Part shown: one piece after another, positions 1 to 12,072 of the stretch
Numbering within the stretch: the first letter of the stretch is position 1
Layout: every line of letters begins with the position of its first letter
Assembly: GCF_902459465.1 (NCBI RefSeq)
Contig: NC_047063.1
Location: 15,934,001-15,998,000 of the forward strand
Length of the DNA: 64,000 bases
From: Asterias rubens
Lineage: Eukaryota
Reading direction: 5' to 3'
Notes under the pieces: generated by a model
Seen by the model: only the letters and a program-made list of their open reading frames with translations
Told to the model about the DNA's origin: nothing
The model's database searches: none
Translations under genes and position numbers: made by a program

Positions 1-39
1 ATATTCTTTAAATGGAATACATATGGTACACATGAGTCA

Positions 40-100
40 GTGAGTTGACGTTTCGACTCTAGCAAAAGACTTAGCTCGATTCGAAACGTCAGACCACTTA
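40..100. mobile_element. Possible degenerate Penelope-like pLTR / hammerhead remnant in an inverted junction
   Basis: TGACGTTTCGA (46-56) and TCGAAACGTCA (81-91) form an inverted pair. The AGAGTCGAAACGTC string resembles the GAAAC half of minimal hammerheads in Penelope pLTRs, but no intact CUGANGA is present. Confidence 0.35.
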
Positions 101-684
101 CTAATGAAGTTGCTGTTGATGGTTTAATAACAAGCTTATTTTTGTCAATATTTGAGCTAAACTTATTTGCTGACGTTACAGCGTTTCAGAAACTTATTTG
201 TCATGAACATCGGTATTCAAGTACACATGTCATTACAAATAATTACACTCCATATAAATGATCACCCAAAATCATGATGTTTTTAATCAGAAGAAATGAA
301 TGTGAATATATTTAATATTCAAATGGTATTCCTTTTCTGATTGATTTCAATGTTTGTTACTTGTACAAAATGTTCATTGACTCTGTCATGGCAGACGAAG
401 GCATAACACCAAGATGTCCTCCTGCTGCTGACAGGGCTAGCTGAGTATAAACTATAATAGTAAGCTTTAAGTGAAATTAACTGACATCTTAATATTCATT
501 ATTCTAACGCATATGACAGAAGAAGCCTATATGAGCATTCATTTTTAACTGTTGTAATCAATGTGTATTTAATTCAAAATTCATCAATTATGTTAACTTA
601 TAGCCAAAAATATATTAATATTACTTATACCATTTGTATGTACATTTATTTCTGTTGTGTACGGTGCTATCATCACATTTACGG

Positions 685-1430
685 CCAGGGCATAATTTCA
701 AAGAGCTGCTTAAAGGCAATGTATGGACACTGTTGGTATTTACTCAAAATAATTATTAGAATAAAACCTTACTTGGTGATGGGTATTGGGGAGAGGTTGA
801 TAGTATAAAACAGTGTGAGAAACGGCTCTCTCTGAAGTGACGTAGTTTCCAAAAAGAAGTAATTTTCCACGAATTTGATTTCGAGACCTCAGATTTAGAA
901 TTTGTGGTCTCGAAATCAAGCATCTGAAAGCACACAACTTCGTGTGACAATGGTGTCTTTTCTTTCATTATTATCTCGCAACTTCGACGACCGATTGAGC
1001 TCACATTTTCACAGGTTTGTTATTTTATGCATATGTTGAGATACACCAAGTAAGAAGACTGGTCTTTGACAATTACCAATAGTGTCCAGTGTCCAGTGCA
1101 TAAAGAGTAGCTAAGCACAACATGCTTACCAGTATAAGGTTACCTGCCAACACACCATGTCACATGCACTATCCCTGACTGGTATCCTGCTGATTTGCTT
1201 TCGAGACTTGTAAGGTAAGCAGCTTTATTATCAGTGGTGATCTTTCATAGAACTGCTTAAAGCATTAAAACTAGCTAAGCACAACCAAATTCTCCTTACC
1301 ACCATAAGCAAACCAACCAAAGTAGAATGTCACATGTACAATCTGTGACTGGTATCCTGCTTACTTTTGCTTCACAAAAATGTTGTAAACAGTATTTTCT
1401 GCTTAAGCAGTTCTACGAATTTTGGCCCAT
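685..1430. mobile_element. Family C MITE (CAGGGCCCAATTTCAT-type TIR) with an internal tandem duplication and a nested family A copy
   Basis: Left end CCAGGGCATAATTTCAAAGAGCTGC, right end GCAGTTCTACGAATTTTGGCCCA. The segment near 1105-1250 is repeated near 1265-1410. Confidence 0.6.
710..1103 (-). mobile_element. Family A MITE (TTAA|AGGCA(G/C)TGGACAC TIR, Kolobok-like)
   Basis: Full internal consensus shared with about 14 other copies in the window; ends slightly degenerate. Confidence 0.85.
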
Positions 1431-2316
1431 GTCATTTCGCTTCTTCAAATAGATTTGTATAAAGGTTGTAATACGCGATTGGTTTGGCTGTAGGCCTATA
1501 TTTAACTGCACACTGTGTGCATGTTTTGTTTAATCAAGCAAAACACATGAAATAACAAACCTATGAAATTCTGGTTTAGTCCGCTGTGTAGAAAATAGTG
1601 AAAATCATTAACAATATTGTCAGCATTATAGACATATTTTTCTTAATTGTTTGTTGTCACAACCGAAATCAGCAGTTGCATTTTGTTTAAGGCTTTTCAG
1701 ATACAGATTTACTCGAAGATGACTTTATTTCAGAGGGAAATGTTTCTCAGAAAAAAATGGTTCCGGTAGTGAATTTTATAATCAGTCGGCTTCCAGAGTA
1801 AATAATCATTGGTGTTCTTTATCTTCACGAGTCCTACCTTATTAGATAACTTTAATTAAAATATGGATTAGTTGTCAATAATTACCGGCTTCTGAATTAA
1901 CAGCTTCGGCAGCACCTTAGGCTGGAATGTAGAATAATTTGCGGCTGCAGCTGTCGTTTTTTTTTTCTTTTCTGCTGGAGCACTATTGTGATAGGGTTTT
2001 CAGAACCTATGCCGTGGGGTTTCGCCAAATTATTTTTCTGGGGTTTTTCCTCCCACATTCAATTTTTTTACTCCCTTTTGTTTTCTCTCCATGGTTTGTG
2101 TGGCTAGTCTAGTGATTCAGTCCCCTTTACTGAGCAACCTTGGCATCACAACCAGAACTAATTATTGAAATGAAATGAAATTAAATTAAATTTTGCCAAT
2201 GACCTTATCAGTAACAACCTGTGCTCCAATGCTTGTAAAATGCACATATAGCAGTAACCGAATGCACTAATTCAGAACCGGCCATGATTCGGCAGCGGTG
2301 TGGTATTTGTCACAGC

Positions 2317-3003
2317 TTAAAGACACTGGACACTATTGGTAATTGTCAAAGACTAGTCATCACAGTTGGTTTATCTCAACATATGCATAAAATAACAAAC
2401 CTGTGAACATTTGAGCTCAATCTCTCGTCGAAGTTGGGAGATAATAATGAAAGAAAAAACACCCCTGTCACGCGAAGTTGTGCGCTTTCAGATGCTTGAT
2501 TTCGAGACCTCAAATTCTAAATATGAGGTATCGAAATCAAATTCGTGAAAAATTACTTCTTTCTCGAAAACAACATCACTTCAGAGGGAGCTGTTTCTCA
2601 CAATGTTTTATATTATAACACCCCTTGCACCCCCGACACTACATGCAGCACAGTAATAGTGTTTGCAATCTGTATTCGCGTCGTCCGTGGATTGTAGCAT
2701 TCAGGTATGTAACTTAATAATAATAGTACAGTATTTAGTAATGTTTGGGGTGTGGTAAAACAAATATTGACTGCTTTTACTCGTGCAATGGTTAAAAACT
2801 ATGACTCCCTCGGTGATCCCCGTAGCGTTCTATTTTAAAATAGAACGCTTCCGGGGATCACCTCGGGAGTCATAGTTTTAACCATAGCACTCGAAGCAGT
2901 CATTATTCGTATACTATCAACCTCTCCCCATTACTCGTTACCAAGAAAGGTTTTATGCTAATAACTATTTTTAGTAACTACCAATAGTGTCCACTGCCTT
3001 TAA
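2317..3003 (+). mobile_element. Family A MITE carrying a nested ~297-bp hairpin element
   Basis: TTAAAGACACTGGACACTATTGG ... CCAATAGTGTCCACTGCCTTTAA. The consensus is interrupted at CAATGTTT-TATA-CTATC. Confidence 0.9.
2613..2909. mobile_element. Non-autonomous element ending in a ~135-nt near-perfect hairpin, class unassigned
   Basis: Flanked by TATA at 2609-2612 and 2910-2913. Palindrome 2768-2902 centred on TTTT|AAAA (2836/2837). The 5' ATAACACCCC pairs with GGGGTGTGGT just before the hairpin. Confidence 0.75.
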
Positions 3004-3635
3004 GTTGCTGAATTGTAAACAATAACAACCATTCCAGACTAGATCACTTAAGACTCTTTGTTTGTTTCCCCCATTCCGAATAAACAATTAGTATTATTAT
3101 TAATAAACCGGCTGCATGGTAATAAAATCTATTAGAAATTATTACAATTTTTTAGAATCAACACAATTTTTCAGATGTTGTTGTTCACGTTAAAGATGCT
3201 ATGTCAGATTTTTGGCCCCAAACATTAAAAAAATATATTTTGTTGTTGTGAATGGTATTATAAAGAGTATCACCCGCTCTAACGAATAAAAGTTTAACTT
3301 TTACTTTTAATGGTCAGGAACCATGACAGAAATTGAAAAAGTTTCTTATAAAACACTTAAGAATTGGTCACGTGATATATTGTATTTGAGCACTTTATTT
3401 CACTTTATTTTGGCTCAAATGAAAGCTTGTAACTTTCTCGACCCCCATCAAAATACCTATTACATTTTAAATAAAAATGTTTGGGTCAAATCGGCCAAAA
3501 ATCTGACATAGCATCTTTAACAAACGCGGGCCATGCTGTTTAGGACAATGTATACGATTAAACTATAACGATTATTGTATAAACAATAAATAACAAAAAC
3601 AAATAACCAAAAGGTACATTATTTTGTATAGCCTC

Positions 3636-4805
3636 CTAGTGTACGTTAAGGTCTTGGTCTAACGATCTGGCTTGATCTGAAAGATTCAAACCATCGCGAT
3701 CTTGATGGGAATGAGATGCAAACTCCTGCTTCTTTACAATTCCCGCTGCCTCTAAGAAAGCTCTTCTATAAGCTGGACTTGTCAGTGTATAAATAAATGG
3801 ATTGACAGCCGAGTTAACATAGACTAAACAACGGCATATGTTAAGAGCCAGGGAGAACTGATTGGCGGTCAGAGCCGGTGGTGCCCCGCTCAAATCCCTG
3901 ATGGTCAGGGCTAGAGCGATGGACTCGAACGGCGCTAGAAAGATGAAGAAAGCCGTACCATTGAAGATCAGCATTCTGGTGATCTGATCCCGTATTCGAT
4001 TTTGCTCCTCTGTATTGGCACTAAAAGGCCCCCTTCGTTTGGCCTCAATGTAGAGCTTCCGTGCAGTTAGGACGTACAGCGTCAAGTTCATGATCATCGT
4101 CAAAAAGAACGGAACAGTCTGGATACAGTTGGAGAAATTGAAGTACCATGTTACCACGGAAGAGCACTGGCCTATGGAGGTAGGTAGGTCGTCAAAGTCG
4201 TCTCCTGATCCTGGTGGATACCATGAGATACACGTTTCCTTCCAGATCATTCTATCCGGGATGATGAGACTCGCGGCTGCAGCCCCGGCGAGGAAACACC
4301 CCGCGACCCGCCTTGCAGGCACCCGCGTCCTCCTCCCACCCCCCGATTTACTCCTGAAAGTAAACGGCCGACACACGGCGTTGTATCTCTCAAATGAAAT
4401 AAGCGTGATCAGGAATTGAGACAAGAAGAAGCACAAGTCGGAGATGAAGTACAGAGTAACACACCCAGGTACTCCGAGGACGGTGTCATCGGTCAAGATG
4501 GGAGAGGCAAGGAATCGGGTTAGGCGAACCCCAATTGCCACAGCGATGAGTGTTATATCAACAACCGCCAAGCAAGCTAGGTAGAGATTACTAGTAACTT
4601 TCCGCATCCAAGGTACACGTGCGATGACTATCAGAAAAGCACCATTTCCAAGCAATCCTATGGTCAGAATAACTGGCATGATGATACAAATCACCACTGT
4701 ATCCTCCTGGCTGTACATATAAGAGGTGACATTGTCCTTAGTGAGGAGTAAAACAGCCTGGTCCTGATCGCACAATGTGCGCTGCTGCTCGTCTGAGGAG
4801 TTCAT
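3636..4805 (-). CDS. Intronless rhodopsin-like (class A) GPCR, 389 aa, peptide-receptor-like (TRH/ghrelin/neuromedin-receptor-like group); ligand unknown
   Basis: Seven hydrophobic segments with class A motifs: GLLGN (TM1), LACLAVVD (TM2), C..TM3..SFERYNAVC (E/DRY), FLAPF (TM6), NSAVNPFIY (NPxxY). N-terminal N-glycosylation sequons NSS and NVT. Single uninterrupted ORF. Confidence 0.93.
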   Translation of the reverse strand: MNSSDEQQRTLCDQDQAVLLLTKDNVTSYMYSQEDTVVICIIMPVILTIGLLGNGAFLIVIARVPWMRKVTSNLYLACLAVVDITLIAVAIGVRLTRFLASPILTDDTVLGVPGCVTLYFISDLCFFLSQFLITLISFERYNAVCRPFTFRSKSGGGRRTRVPARRVAGCFLAGAAAASLIIPDRMIWKETCISWYPPGSGDDFDDLPTSIGQCSSVVTWYFNFSNCIQTVPFFLTMIMNLTLYVLTARKLYIEAKRRGPFSANTEEQNRIRDQITRMLIFNGTAFFIFLAPFESIALALTIRDLSGAPPALTANQFSLALNICRCLVYVNSAVNPFIYTLTSPAYRRAFLEAAGIVKKQEFASHSHQDRDGLNLSDQARSLDQDLNVH

Positions 4806-5639
4806 TCTCGGATATCATATAAGTCACATTAGTTCCTATATCACTTGTGGTTCTGTGTTAATGTTGTGACTACAGCTGAGTCAATCGGTTAATCTTTATC
4901 TTTCGAATGTTTTTAGTTGCTGGTTTATTGTTTTTTTAAGAGGGATGACTCTTCCGTTTCAGAACAAAACACAAATTAACAGATGGCAAATACTGGTTAT
5001 TTACACATAGTGATGAGCTACAAGCCCGGTTCATACGTCCTGCAAATGCGAATGTGAAGCGAAGAATGTTAGCCGCAGTGGAGCTGTGCTCAACTCTTGC
5101 AAATATTTCTTGACGAAAACATCTTAATATCATACACAGAGATTTCTCCAAGCCCGCTGCTCTAAAGCTCACCCGCCTATAATGCACAGTCGCTGGTCTC
5201 TAATAATTATGACATTCACCCAAAGGGAATTGTCAAGTGACAATCTTTCTCATCAAGACCACACTCCAACGTGTGATAAACGATGATGGATGGTGTGTGT
5301 TCCCTCCAGAAGCTGTGTAACCATCGCACGTGTTTTATGAATACACCCCCAATCAAATATGACAACCATGAATATCACCAACAGAACGCGGACTATAAAA
5401 ACATAATAAGTAGCGACGGATCGTGTGGTGTTTGTGTAGTGCAGTGTGATCATAGGACTAGCTCCGTGGTGCGACAGAAGATTTTTTATATCTGGGCCAC
5501 GAAGGATGAGAGATTGGCTTGGAAATGGATCTGCATATGTCACACGTGATATTTAGATTGTGGTGACCGGCAACTATAACTGTCATTGCTATACCAATGT
5601 CCCCCAACGTAGCTGTCGGTGCCAAAACAGGCTTTAAAA

Positions 5640-6035
5640 TTAAAGGAACACGTTGCCTTGGATAAGTCGAGTTGGTCTTTGAAAAGCGTATGTAACCGTT
5701 TGTTATAAAATGCGTATTATGGTTAGAAAGACGTTTAAAAGTAGAATACAATGATCCACACACATTTGCCTCGAAATTGCGTGGTTTTCCTTTTACTTTG
5801 CGAACTAACACGGTCGGCCATTTATGGGAGTCAACAATTTGACTCCCATAAATGGCCGACCGTGTATGTCGACGAGAGGAAAAAGGAAAACCACGCGATT
5901 TCGAGTGATACTTGTGTGGATCGTTATATTCTACTTTTAAAATATCTTAGTTTCTAACCATGCATTCTATAACAAACGGTTACATGCGCTTTTCAAAGAC
6001 CAACTCGACCGATCCAAGGCAACGTGTTCCTTTAA
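5640..6035. mobile_element. Family B fold-back MITE (TTAA|AGGAACACGTTGCCTTGG TIR, Kolobok-like)
   Basis: Long TIRs, TTAA at both ends, central palindrome CACGGTCGGCCATTTATGGGAGTCA...TGACTCCCATAAATGGCCGACCGTG. Confidence 0.9.
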
Positions 6036-6614
6036 GGGAATATACATTATTACACTATGGCAGAACTTAATGTTTCAAGTTACTTATAAGCAGAGCTGCC
6101 AAATAATGCACCATAACTTAAAACCAACACCAATTAAAAACAAAGAATTATGTTACCTCCATTCTGTTTGATGTGAGAGCTGACTTTTCAACGCGGCGGA
6201 TTTAACAGTGTGGCTTTTACTTTTTAAAGGGAGGGTATTCCTTTGGTAAATACTCCAAGAATTGTTGACCATGATATTGGCTGCAGCTGTTGATAGTTCA
6301 TAACAATTTATTTTGAGAATAAATAGACAATTTATTTTAAGAAACATCCCTTGATGTTTCAGAGAATGTAATAAGGGGACTTTAAATGTTAAGTGATTGG
6401 TGCAATATGCTTTGGATTTTTTTATTAAACATGTTCTTATCACGTTGGCTGTGACATCCAAGTTATGTCGGAGAGCAATCTTCCAAACTCATCAATTTTT
6501 GTAACCATTAATTATAATTTATAAGATCTCTTCTCTGCTATGCACAATCTATCTTCATCGTGTTTTGTTTAAGTAAAATTTCACGATGTGTCTTGGATAC
6601 TCTTTTAAAACCAT

Positions 6615-6814
6615 CTTAAAGGTGCTTGACACTATATCGTTAATTACTCCAAACAGTTGTTTGCTTTCTTGACAACATGGGTGTTTTTCCCTTCATTGCT
6701 CTCTGGCAACTTCGATTACCAGTTGAGCCCAAGTTGCATGCATATGTTGGGATACACCAAGTATAGTATAATACTGGGCTTTGACAATAGCTAAAGGTGT
6801 CCAGTGCCTTTAAA
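6615..6814 (-). mobile_element. Degenerate, internally deleted family A MITE
   Basis: TTAAAGGTGCTTGACAC ... GGTGTCCAGTGCCTTTAA with residual internal consensus. Confidence 0.6.
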
Positions 6815-7254
6815 CCATCTTAACAAGAATGAACTGAATGTAAAACGAGTGCTGCGGTTGATAACTTGAACTTTAATATCATGCGCCTCACCCTTCGGCG
6901 CATTCTTCGCTAAGCATCAAACACGTGTAACCAAATCCAGGTCAAAAGTCAGATAAAGATACATCGTACTGTCTGACCCAGACAAGTGAGATGATCCTTT
7001 AACTTAACAGATTAGTGTGTCTGTGAGTTAAAGATACTCCTCAAAAACCAAGTCGTCAATGTAGGATGGAACCTGGTCTTTAGTCGTAGAGAAATTTTGT
7101 AAAAATATCTGTATTTCAACCAATTTAGAGTGTTTGGGAAACATTTTTTGTGGGCTTAATGCGGACTGAAATGTTTCTCAGATACAATTCGTCACATCCT
7201 TAGAAAATGAATGGTCACTTGTTATGTTGCAAACTGCTCACCAACCCAAATGAC

Positions 7255-7560
7255 TGAATGGTCGCGGTCGTGACTGTGTGTCATTGAGCAAGATACTTTA
7301 CTATAATTGCTTCTCTTCACCCAGGGGTATAAATGGGTACATTCGAGAGTAGAGGTTGATATTGTGAATGAAATAGCCTTTGGAGCGAAATAAACGGTTG
7401 TCCAGGTTGTATACTCCCAATGGAGCCGAGAAACATTTAAAAAAGGGATGTTGTTTGCCCTATGACCAGGGCACTAATGTAAAGTGCATTGATACGGTGT
7501 ATTGTAAACTGCGCTATATAAGACTTGTTATTATTTATTTATTTATTATTTATTTAATGG
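7255..7560 (+). mobile_element. tRNA-derived SINE (5'-truncated) with a conserved central domain and L2-type tail
   Basis: GAGCAAGATACTT...CACCCAGGGGTATAAATGGGTAC core, AAAGTGCATTGA, (TTAT)n tail; homologous to 53087-53385. Confidence 0.65.
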
Positions 7561-8651
7561 TGTGTACATTAAGTTACCATAGTCTTTCTCGAAGACAAAA
7601 AGACAAGTTTAATAACTTTGAGTAAGGAAATGTTTTAAAAGATTATAAGAAAGAGATTAAATATGAACAAATATTTGTAATTAAAATTGTGTGTTGAAAA
7701 CAACTACACGTTCAAAGAGCAAGCCCGGCAATTTTAATCCAAGTTGTGAAATAGTTCTCAAATCCAAACGAGTATGAACATTTAAAATTTACCCATTAAG
7801 ATAATGAGTAACATGGTGTTCAGCGAAAAAGCTTTATTTCTATCATCACGATGTCAAAAATTGTTTTGTTTATTTAAATCACCAACCAGCAATGCATATA
7901 GTTTCTGCTCTTGCGATGTTCTCCAAGTTCTCAAAATTCCCCGTCGTAAATCTGATCTTATCGAAATAAACATTGATCGTCTGGGTTGGTCCTGTCAACA
8001 AAATAGAAGACTAAATTTTAGGGCTCCTCTGGGAAACTATTATTCTTAGACCATGGAGTGGAACACGTCGAAAAAATAATGAAACGTGACTGTTCTGAAA
8101 ATACACCTCGACAGCAGACGTTCGCCTTCACTTTTTAGCATAAATCAATTAACGTGTTGGACACGAACATTCGAGGCATGATACAAAATTACAGCAGAAC
8201 AAAAAGAACAGGTTTTTACTTGTCTCTAATTCTTTTATATCATTTTATTTTCAAGGGTATGCCAAGCATAGTTGGACCATGTGGGCATGTTAACTGCTCT
8301 AGTTTTACACAGATACAAATTATTTCACAACGTCAGTTTATGTTGCAATAGAATCAAAGGAATAGTTGCAAATAAAGCAGTATATGTCTTGTTATGTCAC
8401 ATTTGAATTTGTTTTAACTTGTACCATTATTATTATTTTCATATTTTATTTGTGCGCTTATTTATCATTTCTTTAATTAAGAACGTACTCCGGGAGGAAA
8501 ACCGCTTAACAAACTCCACGCAGTTTCACGTTTAAAACGTATGGAGACAAAGCAGAATAATTTACCTACGGAGTGATACCAGCAGTAAAATTGTGTATCT
8601 TGTGATTCTGAACCTGTACTCCGCTCAGTTAGCTCAGCAGACTACCGGTTA

Positions 8652-9310
8652 CAGGGCCCAACTTCATAGCGCTGCTTAAAGGAACACGTTGCCTTAGATC
8701 GGACTAGTTGGTCTATAAAAAGCGTTTGTAACACCGTTTGTTATAAAATGCATATGGTTGGAAAGATGTGTTAAAAGTAAAGTACAATGATCCATACAAA
8801 TTTGCCTCGAAATTGCTTGGTTTTCCTTTTACTATGCGAACTAACACGGTCGGCCATTTATGGGAGTCAAAAATTTGACTCCCATAAAATTAATGGCCGA
8901 CTGTGTTTAGTCGACGAGGTAAATGAAAAACCGTGCAATTTCGAGGCATGTTTGTGTGGATCATTGATTCTACTTTTACACCATCTTTTGTACCCATATG
9001 CATTTTATAACAAACGGTTACAAACTCTTTTCAAATACCAACTCGACCGATCCAAGACAACGTGTTCCTTTAACGGTAAGCCAATTTTCGTGCCTACGGT
9101 GCAAGCGTATTTCACGGATTAGCAGAGAAATTAGGCGGCCATATTGCGCGTTCACCATGCATTTGTTTTGTTACGTCATTTATTTTCGTGCAGTAAGCAC
9201 CGGAATGTTATCACGCCTTTTCGTGTTTACGGTTAGCAGCGCTATGGAATGAAGATCGCACAGTAAACATAAAATCGGCCGCTAATCAGCGCTATTAAAT
9301 TTGACCCAGG
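8652..9310. mobile_element. Family C MITE with a nested family B copy at 8676-9073
   Basis: CAGGGCCCAACTTCATAGCGCTG ... CAGCGCTATTAAATTTGACCCAGG. The B copy is complete, with TTAA on both sides. Confidence 0.8.
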
Positions 9311-10777
9311 GCTTTAGAAAAAACAAAAAGAAGGATGTTCCTCCTGCCTGATAAATAGTCAACAGAGGGCAGGTTTCGTTTACGATTGACGGTGAACTGT
9401 GACACATTTTGTTACTAAGCGTATGCTTAGCGGTTTTACGAACTACAAAGCCGCTAAGCTTTAAGATAATATGTTTATGTCACACGATGTAATGTACATG
9501 CAACCAGTTCCAGGCATTCTCAAAGAAGAGAATCTATTGACATTTGAATATTCACACATTTCATGGGAATCGTAAAAGCATTGTTTGACGGTGAACCATT
9601 TTAAGCTACTACCGAAATGTCATGTAACAAGCACACAATAAGTTGGTTGCCTCCAAGTTACCTGTAAAGAAAAGTTGCTTCGTGTGACACATCCTTAAAC
9701 TTTGTTCGCTGATGAAATCAACCTACGCAAATAACGCGTATTATACAATAAAATCGATTCGATAGCAGAGCAAATATTATGACCGAGTTGTATTGATTAC
9801 TCTTGTGTGAATAGACATCCTGCAACTAGTGAAGAAGCCCTGAGGCATCTTCTAAGATGGCTCAGCAAATCTTGCCTTATCGACTCGTTGTCCATTTCTC
9901 GACAACAGTCATTAGCTTCTGAGGGCTATACTTTGATCGTTCGTGTAGTTTTTCATTACTTGTGTTCTAATTTTGTTTTATATTTTTATTTTTACCTTCA
10001 TGCTGTTGTGTGTAAATTGTTGCCACGTTGTTGCTGTTTTTAATCCGAATAAATTCAATCAATCAATCAATCAATTGTATTGCAGTCTAATCTCAAAGCA
10101 GAGGCAACAGTGTTGGTACACAAGCCAGTGGGAAACTAAAACGAATCTTGTGACGTTAAACACAAAAGTGACCCTATAAAATATTATATATCATCCCGAT
10201 TTGTTAGTTAACTCATGCGTTTTACCACCTTTGGGGGGAAGGGAGAAATTGCCAGATTTTCTCAGAAACAAATTATTTGCTTTGATTTTATTTCTTTTTC
10301 TCTCTCCTAATGTAAACGAATTCTGACAGATGTTGTTGAAGTTTCAAAACGAAAATTCGACACACAAAAAGCGTTCATATTATGCCACGGACATATTGAA
10401 CACAAAAAACATGCAACATGCAAGTCGTTTGTACATGGCTGATAACCTTGCGATCAAATTGTTTAGTTTTAAAAGTTTTGTTCAAAGGACATGTATACGT
10501 TTGGTAAATGACTCTGGAAATTAATGACTGTGGCAGTAGCCATTAAGTAAGTATGGTTATGTAAAAATATATCACTTATTATCCCAACAAATTTAAATAT
10601 GAGTAAACACTTCTCGGGTTGTGTAGACATTGCTCAGAAGTTTCGGCAATATCTTAAAAACCAGGACATAGGAGTGAAACAATTGAATGGTTAGATTTAA
10701 ATCCTACTACTGGGTCAAATCGGCCAAATAATCTTCAACGTACGAAGAAAATAACGCAATTTAGAGAGGGCTCACGT

Positions 10778-11156
10778 TTAAAAGCAGTGGACACTATTGG
10801 TTATTACTCAAAATAGTTGTTAGCATAAAAACTTACTTGGTAACAATCAATGGAGAGCTGTAGATATTAGAAAACATTATGAGAAACGACTCTCTCTGAA
10901 GTAACGTATAGTTTTCAACGAAGAAGTATTTTTCCACTAAAATGCTTGAATTTGATTTCGAGACCTCAGAATTAGCTTTTGAGGTCCCGAAATCAAGCAT
11001 GTGAAAGCACACCACTTCGTGTGACAAGGGTGTTTTTTTTACCAATATTCTCTCCCAACCTCGACGACCAACTGAGTTCAAATGTTCACAGGTTTGTTAT
11101 TTTATGCATATGTTGAGAAACACCGAGTGAGAAGACTGGTCTTTGACAATTACCAA
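10778..11156 (-). mobile_element. Family A MITE (one end truncated)
   Basis: TTAAAAGCAGTGGACACTATTGG start and full internal consensus. Confidence 0.85.
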
Positions 11157-11339
11157 TTTTTTAAATTCACGTCGATACGATAAACTTCAGATCCAAACTC
11201 CAAAACTAACCAAACAAAATGGTGTTTAATGTGTAACATTAGTTAGAAAGAATAAATAAGTATTGTATGAACTCATCATGATTAGTCATCCTAATCTATA
11301 TGAGTATAGGCTCCCATTATTAATTTCAAACACTGAATC

Positions 11340-11627
11340 TTAAAGGAACACGATTAGAAAAATGTTTTAAAAGTAGAATATAATGATCCACGCAAGTATC
11401 ACTCGAAATTGAGTATTGACTAACACGACGGTCGGCCATTTATAAATGGCCGACCGTGTTAGTTCGCAAAGTAAAAGGAAAACCACGCAATCTCGAGTGA
11501 TACTTGTGTCGATCATTATATTCTACTTTTAAAACATCTTTTTAACCATATATGCATTTTATGAAAACCGTTTACAAACGCTTTTCAAAGACAAAATCGA
11601 CCGATCCAAGGCAACGTGTTCCTTTAA
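11340..11627. mobile_element. Family B MITE, deletion derivative
   Basis: TTAAAGGAACACG ... GGATCCAAGGCAACGTGTTCCTTTAA-type ends; left arm partly deleted and central palindrome shortened. Confidence 0.85.
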
Positions 11628-12072
11628 TGCAATTACTAACTTTTCAAGTGTAACTATAAACTATGTAAACATAATCAAAATTCCTTAAATAGGTTTTCCC
11701 GACCAGTTTCAACAAAATTGTATTAAGTTTCGCATAAATAAGCAAGAGGCTGGTCAACCATTCATATTTTTGGGTTGCAGCAACACCATGTGTGTATCTA
11801 CTTGCCAGGTATAGTTTGTTCATATAGAACATATAGTCTTTCATTCAATTGTAAATAGGTAGGCCTAGGTAGACTTTCGGGAAAAAAAATTATAAGATGT
11901 AGTAAAAAGATGTAAAAAACGAACCCGATGTTAAAAATAACGAAATCGTCGTAGTGCATGAAAAAGACACTGATGCAATAGTGGCTAAAAGTAAACCCTA
12001 GTTTGAATAGTCCGGGGAAACATGCGTGGACTTATTTAAATGCAAAAAAGGCAGCTGTAGTAAGTTAGTTTT

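Noticed and set aside
756-1004. Recurrent ORF MKEKTPLSHEVVCFQMLDF..SKSNSWKITSF (also 10833-11081, 17584-17781, 28415-28609, 56413-56631)
   Set aside because: It lies wholly within family A MITE copies, has frameshifts and stops that differ between copies, and shows no transposase motif.
4090-4419. Antisense ORFs over real genes (also 12506-12742, 39631-39828, 41626-42072, 57129-57371)
   Set aside because: Shadows of coding sequence on the opposite strand, with no independent features.
9825-9870. TGAAGAAGCC-CTGA-GGC resembling a hammerhead core and stem II
   Set aside because: The required GAAA after stem II is absent and the C of CUGA is missing.
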